Origin: a virus
Lineage: Duplodnaviria > Caudoviricetes
Direction: 5' to 3' (one strand)
IMG/VR virus record: IMGVR_UViG_3300031857_000168
Coordinates: 1-62,900 of that record
DNA length: 62,900 nucleotides
The notes under the pieces are model-generated. The model had not been told where the DNA came from. It ran no database searches and saw nothing but the letters and a program-made list of their open reading frames with translations. This document shows positions 30,171 to 40,600 of the stretch, piece by piece. Numbering within the stretch: position 1 is the stretch's first letter; each line of letters starts with the position of its first letter. The position numbers were made by a program, and so were the translations under genes.

Positions 30171-30343
30171 TAATCGCGCTCCCAGTAATGGGGGTTATGT
30201 ACATGGATATGAATAACGCTACTACGGCAGCAATTGCTGAGCTTGAAAGATTGAAAGAAGCACGCAGACGTTACATTAAAGAACTAAGAGGATTACAAGA
30301 TGCTTACGAAAACCCAACTCGCCCAAATGATAAAGGGCAATAA
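30005..30343 (+). CDS. Single-TM protein overlapping upstream gene
   Basis: LLITLVVLCIVLVIALPVMGVMY TM followed by coiled coil; start uncertain. Confidence 0.5.
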   Translation: MATGKGVGGGKSKGGMDWGGSVRPDMVQRPPNPPASESHIPWSLLITLVVLCIVLVIALPVMGVMYMDMNNATTAAIAELERLKEARRRYIKELRGLQDAYENPTRPNDKGQ

Positions 30344-30929
30344 GTATGTTGATAATTGGTACGATGCTCTTTCTATTCTTTTGCCTGAGTACGATATTGA
30401 TTCTCCGAAACGTATTGCGGCTTTTATCGCCCAGTGCGCCCACGAATCCACTCATCGCGGGGTACCTTTCGCCGCGCTTGAAGAAAACCTCAATTACTCG
30501 GCGCAAGGTTTGCGCAAAACTTTCGGCAAGTACTTTCCGACAGATGAACTGGCAAAAGCTTACGAACGCAAACCTGAAAAGATTGCCAATCGTGTCTACG
30601 CTAATCGCTATGGAAACGGTCCAGAATCTAGCGGAGATGGATGGACCCACCGTGGACAAGGTTTAATCCAGCTGACTTTTTACGACAACTATAGAGACTT
30701 TGGTGAAAGTCTCGACCCAACGCTTTCGCCTAAAGAAGTGTCCGAATATTTAAAAACTTTCGAGGGGGCGTCCCAGAGCGCTTGCTGGTTTTGGGAGAAG
30801 TCAAACTTAAACCGATTCGCCGATAAAGGTGATATTCGCGGCATGACCCGCGTGATTAACGGCGGAGAAAACGGACTTGCAGACAGAGAGAAACACTATG
30901 CGCACAATCTTCATATTATGGGCGTTTAG
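30300..30929 (+). CDS. Endolysin, glycoside hydrolase family 19
   Basis: AAFIAQCAHES, EENLNYS, IANRVYANR.GNG..SGDGW..RG.GLIQLT, INGG. Confidence 0.92.
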   Translation: MLTKTQLAQMIKGNKYVDNWYDALSILLPEYDIDSPKRIAAFIAQCAHESTHRGVPFAALEENLNYSAQGLRKTFGKYFPTDELAKAYERKPEKIANRVYANRYGNGPESSGDGWTHRGQGLIQLTFYDNYRDFGESLDPTLSPKEVSEYLKTFEGASQSACWFWEKSNLNRFADKGDIRGMTRVINGGENGLADREKHYAHNLHIMGV

Positions 30930-31104
30930 TCTGGCATTAGCCGGGTGCGAACGCTACAGGTACCCTTGTCAGGACCCCGACAATTGGGAAAAGAAAGAAT
31001 GTAAAAAACCATATTGCACTACTACTGGAACTTGTCCTGAAGATGTAATGACTACTGACGATATGAAAGTGGACAACAATGAACCCGTTCAAACTAATCG
31101 ATAA
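30898..31104 (+). CDS. Cys-rich lipoprotein
   Basis: Lipobox LAGC, then RYRYPCQDP..C..C..C. Confidence 0.75.
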   Translation: MRTIFILWAFSLALAGCERYRYPCQDPDNWEKKECKKPYCTTTGTCPEDVMTTDDMKVDNNEPVQTNR

Positions 31105-31531
31105 GTTTTTAAGTCTGTCACAAGAACAGCATGACGCGGTTATTAAGTTTTGTATTGCGTTCACGTTCTGTTGCACAGTAGTGATTATGGTTGCCATCAG
31201 TCTGTATAGTGTCGTTTTTGTAACACAACCTATGCGGGGCATGGCGCCGGCGGACAAGCAGTTTTTTCTAATTCTGTCCGATATGTCGAAATACATACTG
31301 GGCTCGCTTGCAACTCTGCTTGCGGTCAAAGGGAAAGATGCTTTGCCCAAGTTCGTACCTGAAGGGTTGTCTACTGAAAAGGAACGACTGGCTGCCAGCG
31401 AACCGACAGCTACAGATAAGCCGAAGCGCAAAGAACCGCAGCTTGATCCTGTACCTGAAACCTTTATCATTACCGGGTTCCGTGGCAAAGCTGCCCCGGC
31501 ACCAGTTCAACATGACGTCCGCGACGAATAG
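31079..31531 (+). CDS. Two-TM membrane protein (holin candidate)
   Basis: Two hydrophobic helices within the lysis cassette. Confidence 0.55.
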   Translation: MNPFKLIDKFLSLSQEQHDAVIKFCIAFTFCCTVVIMVAISLYSVVFVTQPMRGMAPADKQFFLILSDMSKYILGSLATLLAVKGKDALPKFVPEGLSTEKERLAASEPTATDKPKRKEPQLDPVPETFIITGFRGKAAPAPVQHDVRDE

Positions 31532-31540
31532 GAGACTGTG

Positions 31541-31729
31541 ATGGAAAAATTACTTTGGGCTCGTATGGTGGTAACCGCAATCGCAAGCCTTGTGCTGGCA
31601 ACCAGCGTGCATGCCGGTGGCGAAATGAAAAAGGTCTGCCGCAAAGAAAATAAAAAGGGCAAAGAAGTTGAGACTTGCCGCATGGTCAAAGTCCATAAAA
31701 AGCTCGAAGGTACGGTTGTTCCAAAATGA
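31541..31729 (+). CDS. Small secreted basic protein
   Basis: AGGAG SD, signal peptide VHA|, two Cys. Confidence 0.6.
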   Translation: MEKLLWARMVVTAIASLVLATSVHAGGEMKKVCRKENKKGKEVETCRMVKVHKKLEGTVVPK

Positions 31730-32208
31730 ACCCGTACTTTATAGCCGGTAGTGTTATCGCTGTCGTGCTGGCGTACGGCGCCGGCCATTGGCAGGGAGAC
31801 ACTGCAGGGCAGGCGAAAGTCCAACAGGCTTGGGATAAGCAAGCCAAGGAACTGGCTGAAGCGCACGCGGTGGCGGTAGCCGCCGCGCGCGAGCGCGAAC
31901 AAGAACTTCAGCAAGGAGCGAACAATGACCGCGAAGAAAAGAATAAACAGCTGCGTGAAGCTAACGCTCGCGTTGCTGCCCTTACTAACGTCGTGCGCGA
32001 GCGTGCCGACCGTCCCGCCGAAACCGGTTCCGTGCCCGGTACCCCCAGCACTGGACCCGCTTCCGCCGGATGTACTGGAGCGGGACTATATAGGCCGGAT
32101 GGAGAATTTCTTATCGGGGAAGCTGCCGCCGGGCGCCAATGCCAAGCCCTCCTCAAAGAATGCCGAGCAGGGTACGAAAGATTTGAAAAATTGAGGAGAG
32201 ACCCATGA
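31726..32208 (+). CDS. Rz-like inner-membrane spanin
   Basis: N-terminal TM, coiled coil, C-terminal Cys; contains nested lipoprotein ORF. Confidence 0.8.
   Translation: MNPYFIAGSVIAVVLAYGAGHWQGDTAGQAKVQQAWDKQAKELAEAHAVAVAAAREREQELQQGANNDREEKNKQLREANARVAALTNVVRERADRPAETGSVPGTPSTGPASAGCTGAGLYRPDGEFLIGEAAAGRQCQALLKECRAGYERFEKLRRDP
31955..32194 (+). CDS. Rz1-like outer-membrane spanin embedded in Rz
   Basis: +1 frame, lipobox LTSC, Pro-rich PVPCPVPPALDP. Confidence 0.75.
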   Translation: MKLTLALLPLLTSCASVPTVPPKPVPCPVPPALDPLPPDVLERDYIGRMENFLSGKLPPGANAKPSSKNAEQGTKDLKN

Positions 32209-32450
32209 CCGGCGCTTGGACCCGTAAAGAAGGCAAGAGCGAAGCTGGCGGCCTGAACGAGAAAGGGCGCCGGAGTTATGAGAGGCAGAACCCGGGCAGC
32301 GACCTCAAGGCCCCGCAGCCAGAGGGCGGCCCACGGAAGAAATCTTTCTGCGCCCGCATGCGCGGAATGAAAGCAAAATTGACAAGTGCCAAAACAGCAA
32401 GAGACCCGGACAGCCGCATCAACAAAGCGTTGCGGGTTTGGAAATGTTAA
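32205..32450 (+). CDS. Small basic conserved phage protein (DUF6321-like)
   Basis: AWTRKEGK..GGLN.KGR..SFCARM..SRINKAL..WKC. Confidence 0.7.
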   Translation: MTGAWTRKEGKSEAGGLNEKGRRSYERQNPGSDLKAPQPEGGPRKKSFCARMRGMKAKLTSAKTARDPDSRINKALRVWKC

Positions 32451-32508
32451 GGTAGAATTTTTGAGGGGCCCTTGCGCCCTTAAAAAAGCCGCCGTTTGGG
32501 CGGCTTTT
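32430..32508 (+). promoter_or_regulatory. Late promoter 3 + GGGCCCTTGCGCCC box + intrinsic terminator
   Basis: TTGCGG-17-TAGAAT; box 32466-32479; AAAAGCCGCC..GGCGGCTTTT hairpin. Confidence 0.75.
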
Positions 32509-32525
32509 CTATTTGTGGAGTCACC

Positions 32526-34775
32526 ATGCCAACTACGACAGCGCAACCTGCAGCACTGACCAGCAGTCAACCATCTGCGCTTACTACAAGTCAGCTGTCC
32601 ACGATGGGTGTTACTGCGGCCAATCCGTACGATCTGAACGCCAATACCCCCGCTGGCCTTGCAACGTCTGCAGCAGCCGGAATGACGAAAGCGGACGTCA
32701 CCGGTTATAAGCCGACAGACGTAACTGCCACTGGATATAAGACCACTGACTGGGCTGATACAGAAAAGCAGACCGTTGCTGGCCAAGTGCAAGGTCTGAT
32801 CAAGTCAGAGTCTCCGCTGATGCAGTTGGCAGAAACTCAGGCCAAGCAGCAGATGAATCAGCGCGGCCTGCTTAATACCAGCATGGCTGTTGGCGCTGGC
32901 CAAGAAGCAGTCATCAAGCAGGCACTCCCGATCGCCCAGCAAGATGCTACGGTGTACGCCAACATGGCGAAATACAATGCGCAAATCGCCAATGAGCAAG
33001 CTGCGTTTGAAGCGGCTGCAAAGAACAAAGCTGTAGCTGACAATGCGGCTGCAGCAAACGCCGCCGCAAGCTTTGAGGCTGCGGCCAAAAATACGGCAAG
33101 CGCAAACTACGCTAAAGATTTAAATGCGTCTGTGTCTCAGATGATGGACATCGCATTTAAGACGGCTACCGCAAATGCAGATAACGTAACTAAAGTTCTT
33201 ACCCAACAGATTGACGCCGATACACGTAAGTATCTTATTGACGTAGAAGCTACTTACAAAAACCAGATGCAAGCATCAGCTTCTGCGAACGAGTTGTACC
33301 AGCAGGTAACTAAAAATATCGCAGACATCATGGCCAACCCAGACCTAGATGTCAAAGCTAAACAGTCGGCCGTAGATATACAAAAAGGTTACCTTAATAG
33401 CGGCATGCAAATACTTAGCGCTACGTCCGGCGTGCAAGGGCTTGATAAGCTAATTGATTTTTCTGGCGGCACCGGCAACACGGTGGAAACACCTACAACA
33501 CCAACCCCGGGATATAAACCTCCAGCGGCCTTAACTGGCGGCGCAAACTTCCAAAGTGTTTCAAAACAATTCGGTGATACGTTAAATACCGGCGGAGGCG
33601 TTACTGTTGATGCTAAAGGTGTTGCTACCTTAAATTACAAAGACCCTATTAGCGGCGCAGCTAACAAATTCACTTTGCCTTCGGGTTCATATTACGACCC
33701 AGATAAAAACCAAATTGTTGATTCGACAGGCAAACAGGTCGCTGTACCCAGCGGGTTGCTTTCTGGCGCAATGTCAGCAGAACAGCGAAGAGCTTTGTCG
33801 CCGGGAATTCAAGTCGGTGACTCTTTGGTTGAAGTTGAAGAGACGTTTAGCCCAACTGGAGCGAATACGGCCGGGGCTAAAATTGATGCAAAAGGACAGA
33901 TTACGCTTAAAGGCGGCACCGTCATACCTCCCGGCTCGGTTGTTGTTGGGGACAAAATTTATAAAGCGGATGGCACTCCTGTTGCACTTAAGCCAGCGGA
34001 TGATGTTAACTACCGTGATCGCATAACCTCAGCTATGGACGCTGGCGGGGCGAACCTTACCGGCGCTACATATAACGCTGATGGCAGTGTCAAGCTTAAG
34101 AATGGCACCGTTATACCGGCTAACGCTTACGCTAAAGACGGTGTGCTTTACGATTCGGCAAATAAACCGATTGCTATTAAACCGGCGGACGATGCTAGAT
34201 ATCGTGAGCGTATAGATACAGCAATGAACAACGCTAACGTAATGCTTGACAGTGCTACTTACAACACTGACGGTACTGTTAAATTGCAAAGCGGCACAGT
34301 AATACCAGCGGGCGCTAAATTCGTTAACGGCAAATTAGTTAATGCCGCTGGCGCTGCGATTACTTTAAAACCAAATGATGTAAACGGCTATCAAGAAAAC
34401 TATAGTTCAGCGCTTGAACAAGCCGGGCTTTATTTAGAGGGTGCTACGTATGACCCTAAAGCCGGAACGATGAAACTTAAGACAGGGACCGTCATACCGG
34501 CTGGCGCTAAGTTTGTTAACGGTAAATTGGTTAATGCTGCCGGCGCGGCTATCGCGATTGCTGCGAATGACAACGTCAACATCCGCAACGCAACGAACGA
34601 AAAGTTTGGCGGCTCTCTCAACATGGCTAACGTCAAAACGTACAACGCGGATGGTTCATTTACTATGACCAGCGGCACTGTAATTCCTAAAACAGCGGTC
34701 ATAAAAGAAGATGGAAAAGTGTATAAGACTGCTGCGGATAAGACGCCTATCGTTTTGAAAAAAGGTGATACTTAA
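32526..34775 (+). CDS. Internal virion/ejection protein with C-terminal ~60-aa repeats
   Basis: GGAG SD; NQRGLLNTSMA motif, Ala/Gln-rich; repeated YNADG.VKL..GTVIP units. Confidence 0.7.
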   Translation: MPTTTAQPAALTSSQPSALTTSQLSTMGVTAANPYDLNANTPAGLATSAAAGMTKADVTGYKPTDVTATGYKTTDWADTEKQTVAGQVQGLIKSESPLMQLAETQAKQQMNQRGLLNTSMAVGAGQEAVIKQALPIAQQDATVYANMAKYNAQIANEQAAFEAAAKNKAVADNAAAANAAASFEAAAKNTASANYAKDLNASVSQMMDIAFKTATANADNVTKVLTQQIDADTRKYLIDVEATYKNQMQASASANELYQQVTKNIADIMANPDLDVKAKQSAVDIQKGYLNSGMQILSATSGVQGLDKLIDFSGGTGNTVETPTTPTPGYKPPAALTGGANFQSVSKQFGDTLNTGGGVTVDAKGVATLNYKDPISGAANKFTLPSGSYYDPDKNQIVDSTGKQVAVPSGLLSGAMSAEQRRALSPGIQVGDSLVEVEETFSPTGANTAGAKIDAKGQITLKGGTVIPPGSVVVGDKIYKADGTPVALKPADDVNYRDRITSAMDAGGANLTGATYNADGSVKLKNGTVIPANAYAKDGVLYDSANKPIAIKPADDARYRERIDTAMNNANVMLDSATYNTDGTVKLQSGTVIPAGAKFVNGKLVNAAGAAITLKPNDVNGYQENYSSALEQAGLYLEGATYDPKAGTMKLKTGTVIPAGAKFVNGKLVNAAGAAIAIAANDNVNIRNATNEKFGGSLNMANVKTYNADGSFTMTSGTVIPKTAVIKEDGKVYKTAADKTPIVLKKGDT

Positions 34776-34777
34776 AA

Positions 34778-35167
34778 ATGCGCGAAGCGTTGCTTGAGCC
34801 GATCATATCCGCGATCAGGAAAGGCACTGCTTTACCGCGCCAAGAAATAGAGAAGTACTTAGCTGACTGGGATGTGATCCCGGTAGAAGCTGATGATAAA
34901 CACGCAGCAACAGTGATAGCCAAAGGCACTGAAATACACATAGCGCTTGCCAACGGTTATCAACCAAAAACTTGCAAACGCGGAGTTATAAAGCAGTTTC
35001 TAAAACCGCTGTTTGATAAGTACGGTTTTGTTACAACACGGGTTTCCCATAACCGTCTAAATGAGAAAAGGTTTGTAGAGCGGGTCGGATTCAAACCGAC
35101 ATGGAGCGATACAGAGTTCCAATATTACTTCCTCGGCTCAATGCCGTTTGAAAGGAAAGCTAAATGA
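34778..35167 (+). CDS. GNAT-fold acetyltransferase-like protein of ejection module
   Basis: TRV...N....RFVERVGFK motif; typical position. Confidence 0.6.
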   Translation: MREALLEPIISAIRKGTALPRQEIEKYLADWDVIPVEADDKHAATVIAKGTEIHIALANGYQPKTCKRGVIKQFLKPLFDKYGFVTTRVSHNRLNEKRFVERVGFKPTWSDTEFQYYFLGSMPFERKAK

Positions 35168-36330
35168 ATTTTCAAAAAACGTACATGTCTCGCGCAGTAA
35201 CCCGCGCGATGGCCGCAGAACATCCTATCGGCGATCCTTTTGGCGGTCCAGCTTTTGGTGAGCGCAATGACCCTATAAGCGCCGCGATCTCTATCGGTAC
35301 GATGTTTGCCACCGGCAGCGCTATGATGGCTGGCTCAGTGATGGCCGGTATCGCTTTTGCTGGTGCAGCGGTTAGCCTTGTTGGCAATATCACAGGCAAT
35401 AAAACGCTGATGCAGTTAGGCGCGGTAGCCGGTATTGTCGGCGGCCTTGGCAGTATGGGTGCGTTCGGTGAAGGCGCGAAAAGCGCTACTTGGTCAAGCC
35501 TTGGTTCTAGCGGCAGTGCAGCTGCCGGCGGAGCTAATGTCGCGCCTCTAGCGTCGACTTCTTCAGCCGCCCCTTCGATAGATGTTTCAGCTGGCGGGGC
35601 AGGGCCAAACACCACTATGTTTGGCGGAACGTCATCAGCTGCAGCAGCTCCCTCGGCGGCGGCCCCAGTTACATCTGCTGTTCCAACACCTAACATCACC
35701 TCTGCTCCGATTAACGCTCAAGGCGTCCCATCGGCTTACGGCCAAGACATATTTAAAACGGCCAGCATGCCGGGCAGTGCAACTGCGGCGGGCACAAGCG
35801 CTACCGCCGCTGGTAACCTCGGCAGCGCTACGACGCAGGCAGCGGATGCTTACAGCGACATTGTTTCTGCCGCTGATCTTGGTTCTCAAAATACAGCTTT
35901 TGGAAATAACATTACTGCTACTGGCGCGGCAGGCGGTACAACTTCTGCTATTCAACCGCAGACCATGTTTGAAAAGGCGATGGGCTACGGCAAAGGCGTC
36001 ATGGATTTTACAAAGGAAAATCCCATGGGTGCCTACCTGCTTGGTAACACTGCCGGCGGCGTTGCGGATTGGTTGTCTGGTAAAACAGACGCAGAACTTG
36101 AAATGCTAAAAGCTGCAACCGCTGCAAAACGAGCTGAAGAAGAAGTGTATGGTGTGCGCGCCGATGCCATGCGGGCTGAAATTGAAAGAGAAAAACAGCG
36201 CCGTGCAAACCTTAATGCCGGCTATCAGCAAGTCAACGCCGGCGTCAACGTAAACCCTAACGCCTACGTTCAACAGCCTTGGGGACAACAACAGCAACCA
36301 GCTGGCCTGATCGCTGGCGCACGTACGTAA
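35164..36330 (+). CDS. Ejection (DNA transfer) protein, Gly/Ala-rich
   Basis: Hydrophobic Gly/Ala N-terminus, low complexity, no Cys. Confidence 0.65.
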   Translation: MNFQKTYMSRAVTRAMAAEHPIGDPFGGPAFGERNDPISAAISIGTMFATGSAMMAGSVMAGIAFAGAAVSLVGNITGNKTLMQLGAVAGIVGGLGSMGAFGEGAKSATWSSLGSSGSAAAGGANVAPLASTSSAAPSIDVSAGGAGPNTTMFGGTSSAAAAPSAAAPVTSAVPTPNITSAPINAQGVPSAYGQDIFKTASMPGSATAAGTSATAAGNLGSATTQAADAYSDIVSAADLGSQNTAFGNNITATGAAGGTTSAIQPQTMFEKAMGYGKGVMDFTKENPMGAYLLGNTAGGVADWLSGKTDAELEMLKAATAAKRAEEEVYGVRADAMRAEIEREKQRRANLNAGYQQVNAGVNVNPNAYVQQPWGQQQQPAGLIAGART

Positions 36331-36343
36331 TAAGGAGAACATC

Positions 36344-36853
36344 ATGGCTGACGGACTTATTCAAGACAATATGGCCCAACCGGGCAATGACTCGCAGATT
36401 AATTCGCAAGTCATTAAGCAAAACATAAAGATGCCTCCAGAATTACAAGAAGCCTATGAGCGCGTCGTGATCGCGGGGATGAAAGTAATGTTCTCTAAAG
36501 AGAGCCACGACTTTATGCTGCGCCAGTTACAGCAAGGCGGTTCTCTAGGTGAAAAGCTTGGCAAAGGTGTAGCCGGTCTTCTGCTTGTATTGTTCAAGCA
36601 ATCAAACGAAACAATGCCCCCACAGGTGATCATCCCCGCCGGCGTTGAGCTAGTAGCTCAAGCAGCTGACTTCCTGAAGGAGGCCGGCATGGAACAGCCG
36701 ACTAACGACGACATCGGTCAGGGTATCCAAATTATGATCTCCATTATCTTGGAGAAGTTTGGTGTCCAGCCTGAGCAAATGCAGCAAATGCTAAATCAGT
36801 ACAGCAATCAAAACATCCCGGCACAAAACGAAATGGGAGGTCAGAATGCCTAG
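36344..36853 (+). CDS. Hypothetical ejection-module protein
   Basis: TAAGGAG SD. Confidence 0.7.
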   Translation: MADGLIQDNMAQPGNDSQINSQVIKQNIKMPPELQEAYERVVIAGMKVMFSKESHDFMLRQLQQGGSLGEKLGKGVAGLLLVLFKQSNETMPPQVIIPAGVELVAQAADFLKEAGMEQPTNDDIGQGIQIMISIILEKFGVQPEQMQQMLNQYSNQNIPAQNEMGGQNA

Positions 36854-37661
36854 CCTTAGCGGCCTTATCGGCGGCGTTATTGGCGGCGCTGCTGGAGCGT
36901 ATGGCGAAGTCGCGCTTTCTGAATTGAAAAACAAACAGCGTATTGATATTGAGAAAGCGCTGTCTGAAGTAATGTTTGAACGCGACCAGCGTATTAAAGA
37001 AGCGGACTTGATGCGCTCACGCGGTGAAGAAGAGCGCAAACTGTCGCCGGAATACATTCAAAGAGTTGGCGCGGCTGATCTAGAGAAGGGCAAAGTAAGT
37101 CTTAAAAACCGTGAACAACTTGCACCGGAGACTGGGCGTGTTGGTGCGATTGAAGCGACAGCCGCTATCCCGGCAAAAGACATCGAAGCTCAAGGTGAGA
37201 CAAGCCGTAAGATGACACAGACCAAAACGATGGCCGGTGATAAAGGGTTTGTCAAAGGCGTCGAAACGCTGGACATTGCGCAGAAAGCTGGCGATATCGT
37301 AGCCGCGCGCGAGAAGGCAAAGATCAGATTGGAAGGCGGTGGCGGTGGTGGCGGTGTTGGAAAAGTGCGGTCTACATACACGGATGACCAAGGAAACAAA
37401 GTGGCCGTTATGTCAGACGGCAGCACTAAAGTGCTGGGCCGTGCAGCTGACTTTGATAAAAGCGTTGCTGGCATCGTTACTAAGCTTAGTAAAGAAGACC
37501 CGAAATATGATGGCACTGCTTTCAGCAAATTGCCAATTAGCCGCCAGCGTGAGATCGCTACTCAAATTCTTACAGGCCAAGGTAGCAGCACAGGCGGCGG
37601 TGGTACGGGCGGCGGTAATAAACGGGACCTATCTGGTCTGTCAAAGTTTGAGCGTCAATAA
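36846..37661 (+). CDS. Ejection protein
   Basis: GGAGG SD; GLIGGVIGGAAG start, coiled coil. Confidence 0.65.
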   Translation: MPSLSGLIGGVIGGAAGAYGEVALSELKNKQRIDIEKALSEVMFERDQRIKEADLMRSRGEEERKLSPEYIQRVGAADLEKGKVSLKNREQLAPETGRVGAIEATAAIPAKDIEAQGETSRKMTQTKTMAGDKGFVKGVETLDIAQKAGDIVAAREKAKIRLEGGGGGGGVGKVRSTYTDDQGNKVAVMSDGSTKVLGRAADFDKSVAGIVTKLSKEDPKYDGTAFSKLPISRQREIATQILTGQGSSTGGGGTGGGNKRDLSGLSKFERQ

Positions 37662-37670
37662 GGACAAGCT

Positions 37671-40600
37671 ATGGCGTTTGACGTCGAAGGTGCACTCGCG
37701 GCTGGCTACAGCCGCGCAGACATTGCTGAGTATCTGGCATCGAAGAAAAACTTCGACGTCGCCGGTGCCCGCGAAGCAGGATATACGGACGAGGATATCG
37801 TTTCTTACCTGTTGCCTGAAAAACCTTTGGCCAAAGCAGCGCCAGTAAGCGCGCCAAAAACTGACACCGTACAAAACCCGCTTGCTGCCAAAGAGCCGGG
37901 GATCATTGACCGTTTAGTCACCGCTGTCAAAGACGTTGGAAAACCTTCCAGCGTTATGGACACCTACACACCAACCGCCGAAGATCAGCAAAAGGCTATC
38001 GACAAACGGCTATCGCTGGGCCAAGGGCCCGTCAGTGAAACAGCAGTAGCCAAAGCGCAGGACGTCCGTACCGGCCGATTGAAGACTGAAGATCAAGGTC
38101 TGATTCGGCTTGCAAAAGCTTTAGAACAGCAACAAGCCCCCACTTTAGAAGGTGTAGCTCAGCGAGTTACCGAAGACGAACGTCTTGCTGATGAAGCCGA
38201 GACCGCCCGTCGCCGGGCGCTTGCCCGCGAAAACCCTTTATTGGGTAGCCTGCAATCAGGTCTTGCCAGCATGACCGCTGGCGGTTTGAATCTTCCCAGT
38301 GTTGCTGCCGATGCTTTCAATCAAACCTTCGTCAACCCGGTTCTTGAAGCCGCTGGCTTTTCTCCGCTTGACCGCGTATCCACTGCATACGGCACCGAGT
38401 ATTTAGCCAAAGCCGCTGAAGACTACATGCCGTCAGTCGGCCGGCAGGGCATGGCTGAAGCGTACGATAAAGGGCAATTCGGCCAATGGTTGTTCAGCAA
38501 CATGGCTGCCAACTCTCCGCAAATTGCGATGTCTTTGGCGGCCGCGTATTTCCCGCCTTTGCGTGCCAGCATTCTGCCAGCTATGGGGTCAACGACCGCT
38601 GGCCAGAGCTTTGCCGCTGGCGATGACTCCCGGGTTGCGGCTGCCAAGGGCGCGGTCGAAGTCGTCACCGAGATGCTGCCACTGGGCGTGTTCGACAAAG
38701 TAGGCGACGTCCTGCGCGGCATGTCTGTGCCCAAGCAGAAAGCTGTTCTTGCGATCGCTGGCCAGCGGCTTCTGCAGTCGGGCGCCCAGATCAGCGCGGA
38801 CATGCTGACGAATGCCGTCGAAGAAGCGGCCGCGCAGTTCGGCGGCAATGTGCTGGACAGGTATTTCCAAGGCAAAGACGTTGAGTTGACTCAGGGTCTG
38901 GCTGATGCATCTGTACTCGGTGCAGCCACTGGCGGCGCTATGGGCGCCCCCCGTTCCGCTGGTATTTTGGCTGGCAAGTTTGAACCGGTTACGCCTGAAC
39001 AGCAGATCGCAGATGCTATCAATCAAAACGTCCAGCAGATGCAACCCGTCGGTGCCGAACTGGAAGCTGTCGCGGCGCTTAGCCCGACACCGATAGACCC
39101 GGCGGTCCTTGCCCAACGGATTCTGCAATCCCGTACGGTAGACGACGCTATCTCAGCGGCTGAGCAAGCCGCCGGCGGTATCCCTCAAGTAAGTTACGCG
39201 CCATCTTTGGCGCCGGCTGCGGCTGCGCCTTTGCCAGCCCCAGCCCCAATCCAAAATCTGCCAACAATCCCTAGTGTTGCAGAAATACAACAGGAGCAGC
39301 CGACCCTGAACATGGGTCGAGTAGAGCCTACGCTTGGGCCCGTGCCAGAGACAGGCACTGTCACACTACCAGAACCCAGCGTTGCGGTTGAACAACAGTT
39401 CGGCCTTGATAAGTTGCGGCTGGCCCCACGCCCACAGCGGATTCAAGGGCAATCTGTGGCAGACTTGTCAGACGACCAGCTGCGCGCTGTGGTTGAAGAC
39501 GAGGCCGCCCCCGCCATCACCCGCAGGGGCGCGCAGATTGAACTGGACGCACGCCGCTCTGAACAAGGACCCGCCCGTGTCGAACCAACCCTCACCCCTA
39601 CAACGGAAGTGCCTGCAGCCGCAGCTGAACCTGTGGCTGGCGCGCTTGAGCCCAGTGCGGTCCGAGCAGATGCGCAAAGATATCTTGATGAGCAGGCAGC
39701 TACCGAAGGAATCGAATCCCCGGTCCAGCTGAACCCGGCCCCGGCGGAAGAGCAGACCGCAGTCAGCGAAATAGCGCAGGCGCTGGGTAGCCAGTTCGGC
39801 ACCAAGATCGAAGCTTACAGCGACGCCCGGGATACGGCGGTGAACGGCTTTGCGTTTAAGGGCACAGCCTTCGTCAATGTAGCCAACGTGCCGATGAACA
39901 TCACGCGCACGACCTTGCATGAGTTCAAACATACCGTCGAGCAGATTGCCCAAGCTGAGACCGAGGCAGGTTTAACCGGTACGGCGGCCCAGCAGTTTGT
40001 CGCTGACATTGACAGCATATTCGACGACATCACGGAAGAAGGTCGCCGCGCGTACGCAGAGAATTTCCTGTTTAAGGAAGAGCTGGATAATCTGACTGGC
40101 GCCAAACGCGAGAAGCGTTTACGGCAACTGTTGGCCAGTCCGACTTTGCGCTCCGAAATGACCGCCGACTTTATCGGCAACCGCGCCACGGACAAAGCCT
40201 TCTGGCAAGACATCGCCGCGCAGGACCCGGAAGGCTTTAAGGGTTTTGTCGAGAAGTGGTTGAAGATCATCGACAACCTGTTGGCTACGCTGCGCGGTAC
40301 CAAAACTCAGACTAGAAAAGAATCGGCCAAGGTCGATAAGTACATCCGCGATCTGAACACCGCGAAGATGATTGCCCGCGACGCCCTTATAGAGTATCGT
40401 CGGGGAGCTTTGACAGAATCGCAAAGGGCAGCCCCCGAGGGCAAACCGGCTGCCAGCCTGAGAGAAGGAGAAGGTCGTGAAACAAATATCCCCGCCGGAG
40501 GTGAAAGCGTACAGCCGGCTGCAGAGCGAGCTGGACCGCCAGTTGGTGAAGCTGGGCGCGGTGAAGTCCCAAGCTACGGAGAAGCCCGTGAAGGCGCTAT

